NCBI GenBank assembly: GCA_022394755.1 | Contig: JAGFCA010000024.1 | Coordinates: 12,368 to 76,367, forward strand | Source: Candidatus Poribacteria bacterium | Lineage (GTDB): Bacteria; Poribacteria; WGA-4E; WGA-3G | Direction: 5' to 3' | Length of the DNA: 64,000 nucleotides | Shown: positions 9,146-19,942 of the stretch, one piece after another | Layout of the letters: each line of letters starts with the position of its first letter | Position numbering within the stretch: position 1 is the stretch's first letter | Program-made: the position numbers and the translations under genes | Notes under the pieces: generated by a model | What the model saw: the letters and a program-made list of their open reading frames with translations, nothing else | Told to the model about the DNA's origin: nothing | Database searches by the model: none

Positions 9146-11005
9146 ATGTATAATACCCCACTGAAAAAATCACTTGTTGATGTCTTACGAGAAGCAGATT
9201 TAATCTCAGATGAACAATATCAAGAGATACACGGAAGAATCCTTGAAGGTTGGGTTAATAAACCCATAGATAATCCAGAGAATATTGAAGAATCGGGTTC
9301 ACCAGAGTATAGAGAAATTCTTGATGAGATTGAAAAAGCAGGTGAATCTGAAGAAGTTATCATATCAGAATACGTCCCCCCAAAAACACTTGAACTTGCT
9401 AAGAAGGGTCGTGAATATGGTACAGCTGTAATTCAATTAGAAGAAATAAATCCAGAACAAGAAGCACTTGATAAAGTACCGCCAAGTTTTGCCTATCGAA
9501 ACACAATTGTCCCAGTCAATTTAGTAGAAAACGTACTTACAGTCGCAGTCGCGGATGTCCAAGATATTACACTAATGGATGAGATACAGTTTGTTACAGA
9601 ATGCGATATAAAATTGCTGCTTGCAGACGAAGAAGAGATCTCAGAGGCAATAGTAAGATTATATGGACAGACTGCAGCCTCTCTGCTAAGTGCAGGAATA
9701 AAAGGACCTGTTGGTGCAGCAGCCACCGTTGGACGTGAGAGGATTGAAGATTTTGGTATTGATGAAAATGACCTTAGCCAAGATCCTACAGTAATACAAG
9801 CTGTCGATCAAATGATAATTGATGCTGTGCGTGCTGGTGCAAGTGATATTCATATAGAACCGTATCCAGAAGAACTAAAAATACGATTTCGTGTTGATGG
9901 TGTGTTAGAAGATCAACCCCAACCACCTGCTTATCTACAATCTGCAATTACTTCGCGTATAAAAATTATGGCGGGAATGGATGTTGCAGAACGACGCCGA
10001 CCCCAAGATGGTAAGATTAACAGAGAAATTAGTAGTGTAAATAATCGACAGATTGATCTACGAGTATCAACGGTTCCAACAGTTGCAACCCAACATAGTG
10101 AGAGTGTTGTTTTACGTATTCTTGATAGACAATCAATTGAATTCGGATTAAATGAACTTGGTTTAACAGATACCAATTATGAACTTTTCGAAAGAATGAT
10201 ACACAAACCTCACGGGATTATCCTTGCTACAGGTCCTACAGGTAGTGGGAAAACTACTACTCTATATGCATGCCTCAAGGAAATCAATACTCCCAATGTA
10301 AAGATCATTACGCTTGAAGATCCTGTAGAATATGAATTAGTAGGTATTAATCAGATTCAGGTTAACTCCGATATCGAATTCACATTTGCCGATGGCTTAC
10401 GACATATACTGAGACAAGATCCTGATAAAGTCCTTGTAGGTGAAATACGTGACAATGAAACAGCTGAAATGGCAATACATACTGCATTAACCGGTCACCT
10501 TGTATTCAGTACCCTTCACACAAATGATGCTCCAAGTGCTATTACACGTCTGATTAACATGGAAGTTGAACCATACTTGGTAGCATCCACAGTTGAGGGT
10601 ATTATTGCTCAACGTTTAGCTCGGAAGGTATGTAATGTATGTTGTGAGATGGAACCACCCACAGAAGAAGAAATTACGGGTTTATTTACAAATAATGGTG
10701 TAAATATTGACAGTAATCTTATGATACCTCGTGCTAAACTTGGTGGATGCAAGGAGTGTCGAGGAAGAGGCTATAGAGGTAGAATAGGCATTTTTGAAGT
10801 TATAATAATGTCCGAAGAACTCCAGTCTATGGCACTTCAACAGGTTTCTTCAAGCGAACTTAGAAAGCTTGCTGTTGGATTAGGGATGAAGAGCCTTCGA
10901 GAAGACGGATGGCAAAAGGTCACAGCAGGTTTAACAACTGTTGATGAGGTTCTTAGACTCACACAGGAAGATGCCTACGATTTTGATGAAGGTCACTCTG
11001 GGTAA
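9146..11005 (+). CDS. gspE: Type II secretion / type IV pilus assembly ATPase GspE/PilB
   Basis: N-terminal T2SSE_N-like domain, Walker A GPTGSGKTTTLYA, Asp/His boxes, C-terminal tetracysteine zinc motif CNVCC...CKECRGRG. Confidence 0.9.
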   Translation: MYNTPLKKSLVDVLREADLISDEQYQEIHGRILEGWVNKPIDNPENIEESGSPEYREILDEIEKAGESEEVIISEYVPPKTLELAKKGREYGTAVIQLEEINPEQEALDKVPPSFAYRNTIVPVNLVENVLTVAVADVQDITLMDEIQFVTECDIKLLLADEEEISEAIVRLYGQTAASLLSAGIKGPVGAAATVGRERIEDFGIDENDLSQDPTVIQAVDQMIIDAVRAGASDIHIEPYPEELKIRFRVDGVLEDQPQPPAYLQSAITSRIKIMAGMDVAERRRPQDGKINREISSVNNRQIDLRVSTVPTVATQHSESVVLRILDRQSIEFGLNELGLTDTNYELFERMIHKPHGIILATGPTGSGKTTTLYACLKEINTPNVKIITLEDPVEYELVGINQIQVNSDIEFTFADGLRHILRQDPDKVLVGEIRDNETAEMAIHTALTGHLVFSTLHTNDAPSAITRLINMEVEPYLVASTVEGIIAQRLARKVCNVCCEMEPPTEEEITGLFTNNGVNIDSNLMIPRAKLGGCKECRGRGYRGRIGIFEVIIMSEELQSMALQQVSSSELRKLAVGLGMKSLREDGWQKVTAGLTTVDEVLRLTQEDAYDFDEGHSG

Positions 11006-11147
11006 TTAATATTGCGGTTATTGAATATTTCATAATTTCTTTTCTTTTTTACATATATCCGAATATGTAAAAACCTCATTGAAAATCCAATTAATCCTAT
11101 TATGAATTGTATTTCCTGCGTAATAAAACTGATGTATAGAGGTAACC

Positions 11148-12374
11148 ATGCCGAGATTTCAATATGAAGCCATAACCTATACAGGAGCAACAGTCAATAA
11201 TACTTTAGATGCTGATACAAAGGCAGACCTAATTGCTCAACTACGACAAATGGGGTATTGGCCTACAAAGATTGTTGAAGAAGGTGAACTTCTCGAAACG
11301 AAAGCAAAACGCATACTAAATATTGGTACACGTAAAGTAAAATCTGCTGATGTTGAGTTTTTTACTTACCAGTTAGCAGCATTAATTAATGCTCATGTTG
11401 CACTACCTCGTGCTATAGAAGTTACTTTAGAACAAATCTCGAATCCTGAATTACATAGAATTATTTCTCAAGTAAAATATGATGTTGAACATGGTGCAAC
11501 ATTTAACGCAGCTTTACAGCAACATCCGAAAATATTCTCAGATCTCTATGTGAATATGGTTAAGGCAGGAGAAACAGGTGGTGTGTTAGGAGAAGTATTA
11601 GAAAGACTTGCCGAATTTGCTGAAAAACAGCGACAATTAAAAAACCAAGTCATTTCAGCACTGTTTTATCCTGTGATTCTATTTGGTTTGATGGTTACTG
11701 CCATAGTTGTATTAATGATTTTGGTTATACCAAAATTTACCGCTATGTTTGATGAATTTGGGGGAGAATTACCGATACCAACAAAAATCCTGATTTCTAT
11801 CTCAAGTGGTTTTGCAACTTATTGGTGGGTAGGATTATTGTGTACCAGTATTATTGTTACATTCCTAAGGCAATATTTAAAAACAGAAAATGGGAAAATC
11901 TTACTTGATCGGATAAAATTAAGAATCCCTTTGATTGGACCAGTTTTTAGTACATTTGCTATCGTACGATTTACACGTACTATGGCGACTCTATTAGAAA
12001 ATGGTGTACGCATGCTTCAAGCTTTACGAGTAGTAAAAGATACAATTGGAAATAAAATATACAGTAATATCATCGCTGAAGCTGAAATTGAGGTAGAACA
12101 AGGTTCTACACTCTCCAGAGAACTTCAGAAGAGCAAAGATTTTCCTTCACTTGTTACTCACATGATCGCAGTTGGAGAAGAATCTGGTGAACCTGTTACA
12201 ATGTTAACAAAACTATCTCAATACTATGATATGGAGATAAGGAAGAATCTTGAGAGATTAACAAGTTCAATCAGTCCATTAGTGATTTTAATTATGGGTT
12301 TACTCATTGGTTTTATCGCAGTAGCAATGATTTTACCTATTTTCGAAGCACAACAAGCATTGGGTGGCGGATAG
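11148..12374 (+). CDS. gspF: Inner-membrane platform protein GspF/PilC
   Basis: 408 aa, duplicated GspF domain architecture with three TM segments. Directly downstream of gspE. Confidence 0.9.
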   Translation: MPRFQYEAITYTGATVNNTLDADTKADLIAQLRQMGYWPTKIVEEGELLETKAKRILNIGTRKVKSADVEFFTYQLAALINAHVALPRAIEVTLEQISNPELHRIISQVKYDVEHGATFNAALQQHPKIFSDLYVNMVKAGETGGVLGEVLERLAEFAEKQRQLKNQVISALFYPVILFGLMVTAIVVLMILVIPKFTAMFDEFGGELPIPTKILISISSGFATYWWVGLLCTSIIVTFLRQYLKTENGKILLDRIKLRIPLIGPVFSTFAIVRFTRTMATLLENGVRMLQALRVVKDTIGNKIYSNIIAEAEIEVEQGSTLSRELQKSKDFPSLVTHMIAVGEESGEPVTMLTKLSQYYDMEIRKNLERLTSSISPLVILIMGLLIGFIAVAMILPIFEAQQALGGG

Positions 12375-12491
12375 ATTCATTCCATTTTATATAAACTATC
12401 ACTATTGTATTTTGTCTAATTATACACATGTTTACAGTTATAGAAATAAATCAAACTATTCAGATCCATATATTATAAGGAGTTAAACATA

Positions 12492-12947
12492 ATGATTAAG
12501 CAACTTAAAAGAGATGAATCAGGTTTAACACTAATTGAATTGACTATTGTTATTGTGATTTTAGGTATTTTAGCAGCATTTATCGCGCCAAGAATTGTTA
12601 ATGCTCCCCAAAAGGCGAAAGTATCTAAAGCAAAAATTGAAATTAGTAATTTAAAAACAGCATTAGGACTATATATGAGTGAAGTAGGAGAATACCCCTC
12701 ATCAGAACAAGGCTTGGATGCATTATGGAGAGCACCAAATCCATCTCCATTGGGTTGGTCGGGTCCCTATCTTGATCAACAACTTACCAACGATCCATGG
12801 GGTAATCCTTATGTATATAGGAATCCCGGTAGCAATTATGGATACGACTATGACCTAATGTCATACGGGAGAGATGGTAAACTTGGTGGCACTGATCTTG
12901 ATAAAGATATAACTAATTGGATTGAAGAAACCCCACAAAATCAGTAA
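12492..12947 (+). CDS. gspG: Major pseudopilin GspG
   Basis: Prepilin leader MIKQLKRDESG|LTLIELTIVIVILGILAA with Glu at +5. Conserved GspG core (ALGLYMSEVGEYPSSEQGLDALW...GNPYVYRNPG...GRDGKLGG). Confidence 0.9.
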   Translation: MIKQLKRDESGLTLIELTIVIVILGILAAFIAPRIVNAPQKAKVSKAKIEISNLKTALGLYMSEVGEYPSSEQGLDALWRAPNPSPLGWSGPYLDQQLTNDPWGNPYVYRNPGSNYGYDYDLMSYGRDGKLGGTDLDKDITNWIEETPQNQ

Positions 12948-12972
12948 TTCCAGTGATATCATAGGATACCAG

Positions 12973-13635
12973 ATGGATTTAAGAAATCGATGGCGAATAA
13001 CAAACAGAAATGAAGATGGTTTCAGTTTGATGGAAATCATGTTGGTGTTCGCTATCATCGCTGTTGTATCATCAATTACAATGCCTGCTATGAAAGGGGT
13101 TTCATCTTCAAGACGTTTAAAAACCTCCGCCCGTGCAATCGTTGATACACTATCGTTTGCACGAGATATGGCTATTACAGAACGAAATACACATCTTGTT
13201 GTATTTGATTTAACGGGTAATAGATTCTGGTTGGCATCAAGTGAAACATTAGATATTCAGAATCCATTGTCATCTGCAGGAAGGGCAACTACGCCTTCAC
13301 CCGCACCTACAACTATACCAGGACAAGCTACTCCGATACCTGTTTCCCGTGCTGGTGGTGTTATGGGTATCCCTCGTACTTTACAAAAAAGTGTGTCTTT
13401 TGCATCAATGGTTACAAATCACAATGGAACTTACCAAAGAATTACCACAGGTGCAGAGTATACATATTTTACTCCAACATCAAAGTCATCTGAAACAACA
13501 CTATATCTTCAAAATACAAATGGTAATGCTATCTCTATTTCCGTTGAAGGCTCAACAGGAAGAGTAAGTATGGAACAGCTGACACAAGACCAAATAGAGA
13601 CTCTTGGTATTGGTGAAAACATTGAAAATGATTAA
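12973..13635 (+). CDS. Minor pseudopilin, GspH-like
   Basis: ORF track from 12922; ATG 12973 gives MDLRNRWRITNRNEDG|FSLMEIMLVFAIIAV, a class III prepilin signal with Glu at +5. Contains a low-complexity Pro/Thr-rich stretch. Confidence 0.65.
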   Translation: MDLRNRWRITNRNEDGFSLMEIMLVFAIIAVVSSITMPAMKGVSSSRRLKTSARAIVDTLSFARDMAITERNTHLVVFDLTGNRFWLASSETLDIQNPLSSAGRATTPSPAPTTIPGQATPIPVSRAGGVMGIPRTLQKSVSFASMVTNHNGTYQRITTGAEYTYFTPTSKSSETTLYLQNTNGNAISISVEGSTGRVSMEQLTQDQIETLGIGENIEND

Positions 13636-14023
13636 CTATATCCGTTGCGAAAAAGAAAAGGGATTTACCTTCGCAGAAATACTTGTAACGATTGCTATTA
13701 TGGCAGCTGTTTTACCTGCCCTTTTAAAAGTGTTTAGTGATATTTCTCGAAGTCAAGCTCTGATGGACAACAGATTAACCGCTCTGAATTTACTTAAACA
13801 CCAAATGGCAGAAATTGAAGCTAATGGATTTCCCGATGTTGGTCAGGAAAGCGGTGAATTTGGCGAGGATTCTCAATACCAATGGGAATCTGTTATCACT
13901 GAAGTGGATCCAGAAGAATTAGAAGGATTATTACAAGTTGAGGTAACAATTACTTGGTCACATTTAGGTCAGGTAAAATCACTTGGTGCTACAACATATA
14001 TGGCAAATAGGGAATTACAGTAA
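13628..14023 (+). CDS. Minor pseudopilin, GspI-like
   Basis: ATG 13628 gives MINYIRCEKEKG|FTFAEILVTIAIMAAV (prepilin signal, Glu at +5). ~130 aa as for GspI. 8-nt overlap with the upstream gene. Confidence 0.6.
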   Translation: MINYIRCEKEKGFTFAEILVTIAIMAAVLPALLKVFSDISRSQALMDNRLTALNLLKHQMAEIEANGFPDVGQESGEFGEDSQYQWESVITEVDPEELEGLLQVEVTITWSHLGQVKSLGATTYMANRELQ

Positions 14024-14129
14024 CCCTATGAAGAATTGATTTCTTATTACAAATCCTTAGATATAATTGTCTTAGTTCTTTTTCTAAATTTATGATTTTA
14101 GCTTAGATTACTTAAGGATAGTTATTATA

Positions 14130-15035
14130 ATGAGGTATCCATATATTATGAGAAAACACAAAAACAGATCTGAAAGTGGTCTTACACTTGTAGAAATGCT
14201 AACTGCAGTTAGTGTTATCGTAATAATGAGTGGTTCTTCATATGCTGTTTTCAATACTGCTATAAAGGTATATCAACGAACTCAATCAAAAATAATTCAA
14301 GCCAAACGGTCAAGATACGCTTTTGAACAATTATTTATGGATATAAATCAAATGCAAGTAGATCCATCCGATGAGATGTTAACACTATTTTCAGAAGATA
14401 TACCTACTCCAGATGGTGAAAGAGATATCATCAGTTTTATTACTTTTGTAAAATCTGATCCAGACCCATTTTCTATCCAATTACCAGTTAATCCTGATAA
14501 TATCACACCTCCTCTAAGCGATATAAGGCGTGTAGTATACTATGTTGGTCCTAAAGTACCATCACAAGAAATACAGAATGGTAATATACCGTCCCCAATT
14601 TCTAATCTTGGACAGATAGAAGAACAGACAACACCGATATCTGAAGAATTGGTGTTATATCGTGTTGTCTCAACCGCATTAGATCCTGAATTAGTTGTCA
14701 GCGCGATAATGGATACAGGTATTATTCCAACCGTTGATGAAAGTGGACAGCCGGTTTTTGGATTTGATGTAACTCCTGTTATTGACGGAATTATCAACTT
14801 TGATTTGAAGTATATTGATGAAGAATCAATGTATGAATCCTGGGACGAAACTGATACAACCCCCATTGCAATACAAATACTCATTACAATAATAGATGAA
14901 GATAGACAACAAAGTACATCCTCGACAGCAGATACGTATTCTGATTCTCAAATGGTTACACAACAAGGTGCATTAACTCAGTCTTCTATGGTATATATAC
15001 CTGCAAGTGCAAACGTTAATGCTGATGATCAGTAA
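14130..15035 (+). CDS. Minor pseudopilin, GspJ-like
   Basis: MRYPYIMRKHKNRSESG|LTLVEMLTAVSVIVIM prepilin signal with Glu at +5. Sits at the GspJ position in G-H-I-J-K order. Confidence 0.55.
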   Translation: MRYPYIMRKHKNRSESGLTLVEMLTAVSVIVIMSGSSYAVFNTAIKVYQRTQSKIIQAKRSRYAFEQLFMDINQMQVDPSDEMLTLFSEDIPTPDGERDIISFITFVKSDPDPFSIQLPVNPDNITPPLSDIRRVVYYVGPKVPSQEIQNGNIPSPISNLGQIEEQTTPISEELVLYRVVSTALDPELVVSAIMDTGIIPTVDESGQPVFGFDVTPVIDGIINFDLKYIDEESMYESWDETDTTPIAIQILITIIDEDRQQSTSSTADTYSDSQMVTQQGALTQSSMVYIPASANVNADDQ

Positions 15036-15155
15036 ATTGCCAAATATCAGACAGACATCTAATTCTCTAACCACATCTTCAAATAAATTGAAAGAGAATA
15101 TTGCAAGATTGGATAGATAATCTGAGTATGTTAACAAGTAAGCAAAAAAGAAAAT

Positions 15156-16652
15156 ATGAGATATTCATTTTATTCATTAAATAAGAAGTGTAATTCAGAT
15201 GGATTATCTCTTGTATCTACACTTTGGATAATTTCTATACTCTCAGTTCTAGCTATGCAGCTGCTGTACTCGTTTGAGTTAGAAAGTAAGGCGCGTAATA
15301 ACTTTGCAGATAGAGTTAAATATCATTATGCTGCAAAATCCGGTTTTGAACTTGGTTTAATAGCCCTGCGTACTGATGAAACTAATTTTGATTCACTTGG
15401 AGAGGTGTGGGCTGAACCTATTCAACAGCAGGTTGAAGATCGAATACAAATGGGAAAGCAACTTTCTTTTCAGGTTTCTATTACTGATGAAGCTTCAAGA
15501 ATAGACCTTAATAGTGCCCAGGAAGACACAATTCGCAATTTACTTTCGTTTCTTGGTGTTCAACCGGAAATGAATGAAACTGGTGATTTAGCGACAAGAA
15601 TTGTTGAAGGTCGTCCATTCAGATCTGTTAGAGATGTTGCACGAATTGAGGGGATGACAGAACAAATTCTATATGGAATTCAACCGCAAATTGAATCAAC
15701 AAGTGGTTCACCACCAATTGTTGAACCACCTGTACCCGATTTAACACAAGCCCCACCACCTACAGATCCTACACATGCATCAGATACACAGCCAACACCA
15801 CAATCATCTGGTGGGTTAATAGCATACACAACAATTTATTCTACTGATCGAAATACTGATTCTGAAGGACAGCAAAGGGTAAATATTAATACTGCGAATG
15901 CACAACAGATACAAGGGATTCAAGGTAATAACAATCAATCCGTTTTCACGCAGGCTGAGGCAAATGCCATTATCCAAGCACGTGATTTTGATGGCATTTC
16001 TGGTATATTAGATGTACAAGCGGTATCTGATAATGTGTTTAATAATATACGTGACAGATTGACTACTCAAGGGAACAACAATGATGATAATCGTGTAAAC
16101 ATAAATTCTGCTGATGCTGATGAACTTGAAGAATTACAAGGTATTGATAGCGGTATTGCCCAACGAATTGTAGCCTACAGAAATGCGCAAGGAGATTTTG
16201 CTAATATAGACGCAATTAAAAATGTGCCCGTAACATTTGTACAACAATTCATAGAAATTGTTGATAAAATTACAACAACCGATGATAGCACTATATCTGG
16301 GTTAATTAATATTAATACTGCTCCGATAGAGGTATTAGCATTATTACCAGGAATGGATAATCAGAAAGCACAAGCTATAATTACACGTCGTAACGAAAAT
16401 CCAGAAGAACAGAGTGATCCTGAAAATCCTGTCCAAGGAAATCCATTTTCTAATCTTGGTGATCTGCTGGATATAGAAGAAATAGATAATCAAACATTCA
16501 GAGAAGTCGTAAATTGGATTACATATAGATCTCATGGTTATCGAATTCAATCATCAGGAATCGACCGTTCAGGAAAAACTACTGCAGTCTGTGAAGGAAT
16601 AGTTATACGAACTCAAAACCAATTGCAGATACCGTATTGGCGAATTGATTGA
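15156..16652 (+). CDS. Minor pseudopilin GspK-like with helix-hairpin-helix (ComEA-like) motifs
   Basis: NSDG|LSLVSTLWIISILSVLA prepilin-like N-terminus lacking Glu+5, a GspK hallmark. Three 'VNINTA/ININTAP...LxxLPGI' HhH motifs (VNINTANAQQIQGIQG; VNINSADADELEELQGIDSGIAQRIV; ININTAPIEVLALLPGMD). Confidence 0.55.
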   Translation: MRYSFYSLNKKCNSDGLSLVSTLWIISILSVLAMQLLYSFELESKARNNFADRVKYHYAAKSGFELGLIALRTDETNFDSLGEVWAEPIQQQVEDRIQMGKQLSFQVSITDEASRIDLNSAQEDTIRNLLSFLGVQPEMNETGDLATRIVEGRPFRSVRDVARIEGMTEQILYGIQPQIESTSGSPPIVEPPVPDLTQAPPPTDPTHASDTQPTPQSSGGLIAYTTIYSTDRNTDSEGQQRVNINTANAQQIQGIQGNNNQSVFTQAEANAIIQARDFDGISGILDVQAVSDNVFNNIRDRLTTQGNNNDDNRVNINSADADELEELQGIDSGIAQRIVAYRNAQGDFANIDAIKNVPVTFVQQFIEIVDKITTTDDSTISGLININTAPIEVLALLPGMDNQKAQAIITRRNENPEEQSDPENPVQGNPFSNLGDLLDIEEIDNQTFREVVNWITYRSHGYRIQSSGIDRSGKTTAVCEGIVIRTQNQLQIPYWRID

Positions 16653-16705
16653 TTTGAAATTATACAAAACTATAATAGAAAAATAAGCAATAGAGGCTTA
16701 ATTTT

Positions 16706-18556
16706 ATGGCAAAAAATCAGGTTGTAGCAATAGATGTTGGAACTTCATCTGCTAAACTAATTCACTTAGAGAAATCATCAGAAACGATAAATTTAGTTGA
16801 TGTGGCAACTATTGCTTATTCAGATCCAAATAATCCAGAACAAATCTCTGACGCAGTTAAGCAATTATGGGAAAAGTTAAGATTAAAGCAAACTATATTT
16901 AATAAACATAAACTTGAAGTCGCTCTTGCATTACCACGTAGGTTTGTTGTTACGAAACGTTTACCAAATATTCCTCCAGCAACAACAGATGACCAATTAC
17001 CTACTATGGTAGCAATGGCAGCTGAAACAGAACTCCCGTTTCAATCAGACGATGCTATATTTACATATCATGATGTGCACCGCTCCACTGAAGCAGTATC
17101 CTTAGAACTTGTTTCAAGTAGACGTGATACAGTTTCTCGTTATATTGATTCAATGAAAGAGATAGGTATTTCCCCATCTGCTGTAATTCCCTCGATGTTT
17201 GCTATAGCAACAGTGGCGAGAAACTCATTGAGCAATTCGGACGAACGCGTTGCAATTGTCGATATTGGAGGTGGACAAACTGATTTCTGCCTAATGAATG
17301 GAAATAAAATGGAGTTTTCACGTGGTTTCGCTGTAAGTGGTAATCAACTCACACGGCATCTGATGTCAGAATTACAGATAGAAGCTGAAGAGGCTGCCCA
17401 CGAAAAACAGCAAATCACTGCATTTCAAGCATCAGCACGGACTTGGACAAGACAATTTATTGGAGAGTTGGAAAGGTCCATTTCCGCTGCACAACGAGAA
17501 ATTAATGATGATGAATTTGATATATCTGAAATCTGGTTATGTGGTGGTGGTGCAAGAATTCCAGAATTAGCTGAAACTTGTGAAGAACAATTACAAATAC
17601 CTACAAAACTATGGAATCCGATTTATTCAGGGTCTGTAGATACATCCTTAGTTTCAGCATCAATACTCGAAACCCATGGAGATACATTAGCTGTTCCTTT
17701 AGGGGTTGGAATCCATATACTTGAATCTGAAGAACCAATCTCACTTTTACCACAAGAAGTTGGTGTGAAACGTGCTGAATTCTCTAAGAAACGCCAGCAA
17801 CTTATAGCTGCAAGCGTGGCAGGTTTAGCAATGGTTACCATAATCCTTGGTGGGATAACCTGGAGTAGTTCGCGAAAAGCCAAAGAAACACTATTGGATG
17901 GTCAAATTGCGGATTATCAAACATTACAGTCAGATGCGAATAAACATCTGGCACTTAATCTTATATTAGCTGATAAATTAACTCACCAAGCATCTCCATT
18001 AGATATTTTACATGCACTTAGTACACTCTTTAAAGACAGAACTAAGGTTGCATGGAAGACTTTCGAAGTCAATAATCTTGATGATTTAAAAAAGGCAAGA
18101 ATTACCTTCAGTTTACAATCGAATTCCCATGAATCACTTGATTCAATGTTGGGAGTACTAAGTCGATCAGACATGTTTACTAATATACAGGAAGGCGAGA
18201 GAACTTCTACTGGGGATGAACGAAGACCTACGATAGAAGTAAAAATCAATTGTAGATTAACTTCAAAGGCAATCCAGATGTTTGCACAAGAGCGGTATCC
18301 CAAACCTCCTCCAATGATAGAAGATACATCTGACGACATTGACATTGATATATCGTCTCCTGAGAATGTTATTGACAAGGCTGATGAATCAGAGAAAGAC
18401 AAACAACATGAAGATAAAGATGACGAGGAAGAAAAGGATAACACAGTTATTGATAATTCTTCACCTGAAAATGAACCTTTAGATGAATCAAAAGTTAATG
18501 ATAAAAAAGTACAAGAAGATAAAGAAAATGATGATGAAGAATACGATAACGATTAA
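16706..18556 (+). CDS. GspL-like assembly protein (PilM-like actin-fold domain fused to TM + PilN-like periplasmic domain) with acidic C-terminal tail
   Basis: N-terminus VVAIDVGTSSAKLIHLE is an actin-like ATPase fold as in PilM/GspL-cyto. Central TM (LIAASVAGLAMVTIILGGI). Tail DDIDIDISSPE...DEEEKD...DDEEYDND. Confidence 0.6.
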   Translation: MAKNQVVAIDVGTSSAKLIHLEKSSETINLVDVATIAYSDPNNPEQISDAVKQLWEKLRLKQTIFNKHKLEVALALPRRFVVTKRLPNIPPATTDDQLPTMVAMAAETELPFQSDDAIFTYHDVHRSTEAVSLELVSSRRDTVSRYIDSMKEIGISPSAVIPSMFAIATVARNSLSNSDERVAIVDIGGGQTDFCLMNGNKMEFSRGFAVSGNQLTRHLMSELQIEAEEAAHEKQQITAFQASARTWTRQFIGELERSISAAQREINDDEFDISEIWLCGGGARIPELAETCEEQLQIPTKLWNPIYSGSVDTSLVSASILETHGDTLAVPLGVGIHILESEEPISLLPQEVGVKRAEFSKKRQQLIAASVAGLAMVTIILGGITWSSSRKAKETLLDGQIADYQTLQSDANKHLALNLILADKLTHQASPLDILHALSTLFKDRTKVAWKTFEVNNLDDLKKARITFSLQSNSHESLDSMLGVLSRSDMFTNIQEGERTSTGDERRPTIEVKINCRLTSKAIQMFAQERYPKPPPMIEDTSDDIDIDISSPENVIDKADESEKDKQHEDKDDEEEKDNTVIDNSSPENEPLDESKVNDKKVQEDKENDDEEYDND

Positions 18557-18616
18557 CCATAATTCTATACATTCTATAACACTTCATATCTCCTAAAGAT
18601 TGATAAGGATAAAAAA

Positions 18617-19942
18617 GTGAATTTAGATCTGCAACTTACAACACAGACCAAATTACTTATTGGAATTCTCGGGTTAGTACTAATCATAGCATTGGTAACA
18701 CAATGGGGTCCAGGTTTATATAAGATGTTCTCAGACGAGGAAATGGCTGTAAAAAAACAAACTCTTCAAACATCTAAAGATTTAGTAGCTGCTTCAAGAA
18801 TGTTGATACCCATTGAAGTAGGACTATTTGAGAAAACTGGACTTGCCGAAGAAGGTCAGGATGCTTCGATTTTTAATGATAATTTCCCTGAGACTGTCAT
18901 TCGTTCAAAGATTACATCAATTGTTAAAGAAGCAGGAATACCAAGAAATTACCAATGGAACATGGAACCTATCCCAGGCAAGAAGACAGAAAAAATCTCA
19001 CCGCATGCTCGACGTAACTTAATCAACTTTCTATATCTGGAAAAACTAAAAACAGAAAGAGATATCTTACAGTTTGAAATTGAGGATGAACAACAAACAC
19101 AAGAAGATGCTGAAGTACAAGCAGAAGAAGAGATGATGGATCTGTTGATGAATGCATGGTTAGATGAAACTGAAGATATCCCAGAGAAGGAGGAACATGA
19201 ATCCAACAATATGGATATAGAAGAGAATGAGGACGAAGCCTCTGAAGATATCAAGGAAGATGATTCCAACAATAGGGATATAGAAGAGAATGAGGACGAA
19301 GACAAAATCGAAAATGGTATAGAGAAACAACAAGATGGTGATGTCTATACGGACAAAGCTGATTCAGATATGAACCAAAATCAATCGAATGAAGAAGATT
19401 TTGTATCATTGCCAGAGGATATACCAATAACAATTCGAGTGGAACTGATTGATGTACTTCTTTCAATGATTGAACAACAACTTGTTGGAGCTGAAACGAC
19501 ACTATTTGAAAAGGAATTCTATAAATTACAAAAAGAATCGAAAGCAGGATTCTTTGGATTTGGTTCGAAAAAGCCTTCAACGGAAATTAGTTTTAACCCA
19601 AATAGTCAGATATTGAGTACTTTTCTTATTCTTATAAAAGACTATGAATCAGAATTAGATAAGAAGCATCTTTCTTCACTTCTTCTACAATATCTTGAAA
19701 ACATACAGACACAAATCGAAGAACTTACAAAAGGATTGAGATTAGCTCCTTCAACCTACACTCCAGAGAGTTATTCCATAAAAATAAAGTTTAAGGCTGA
19801 ATTGGATAAGCTTGTTAATCTCAATAGGATAATTGAAACTTCATCAAAATGGTTGATGGTAAGAGATCTTAAAATCTCTACTGACAATAAACAAGACAAA
19901 ATAACTGTTGAGTTGTTCTTGATTGCGAGGATTTATCAATGA
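18617..19942 (+). CDS. T2SS-associated bitopic membrane protein with acidic tandem repeats (GspM/GspC position), hypothetical
   Basis: GTG start with AAGGA SD. N-terminal TM (LLIGILGLVLIIALV). In-frame 63-nt-period repeats encoding SNNMDIEENEDEA / SNNRDIEENEDED. No match I can assert to a named Gsp family. Confidence 0.4.
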   Translation: MNLDLQLTTQTKLLIGILGLVLIIALVTQWGPGLYKMFSDEEMAVKKQTLQTSKDLVAASRMLIPIEVGLFEKTGLAEEGQDASIFNDNFPETVIRSKITSIVKEAGIPRNYQWNMEPIPGKKTEKISPHARRNLINFLYLEKLKTERDILQFEIEDEQQTQEDAEVQAEEEMMDLLMNAWLDETEDIPEKEEHESNNMDIEENEDEASEDIKEDDSNNRDIEENEDEDKIENGIEKQQDGDVYTDKADSDMNQNQSNEEDFVSLPEDIPITIRVELIDVLLSMIEQQLVGAETTLFEKEFYKLQKESKAGFFGFGSKKPSTEISFNPNSQILSTFLILIKDYESELDKKHLSSLLLQYLENIQTQIEELTKGLRLAPSTYTPESYSIKIKFKAELDKLVNLNRIIETSSKWLMVRDLKISTDNKQDKITVELFLIARIYQ

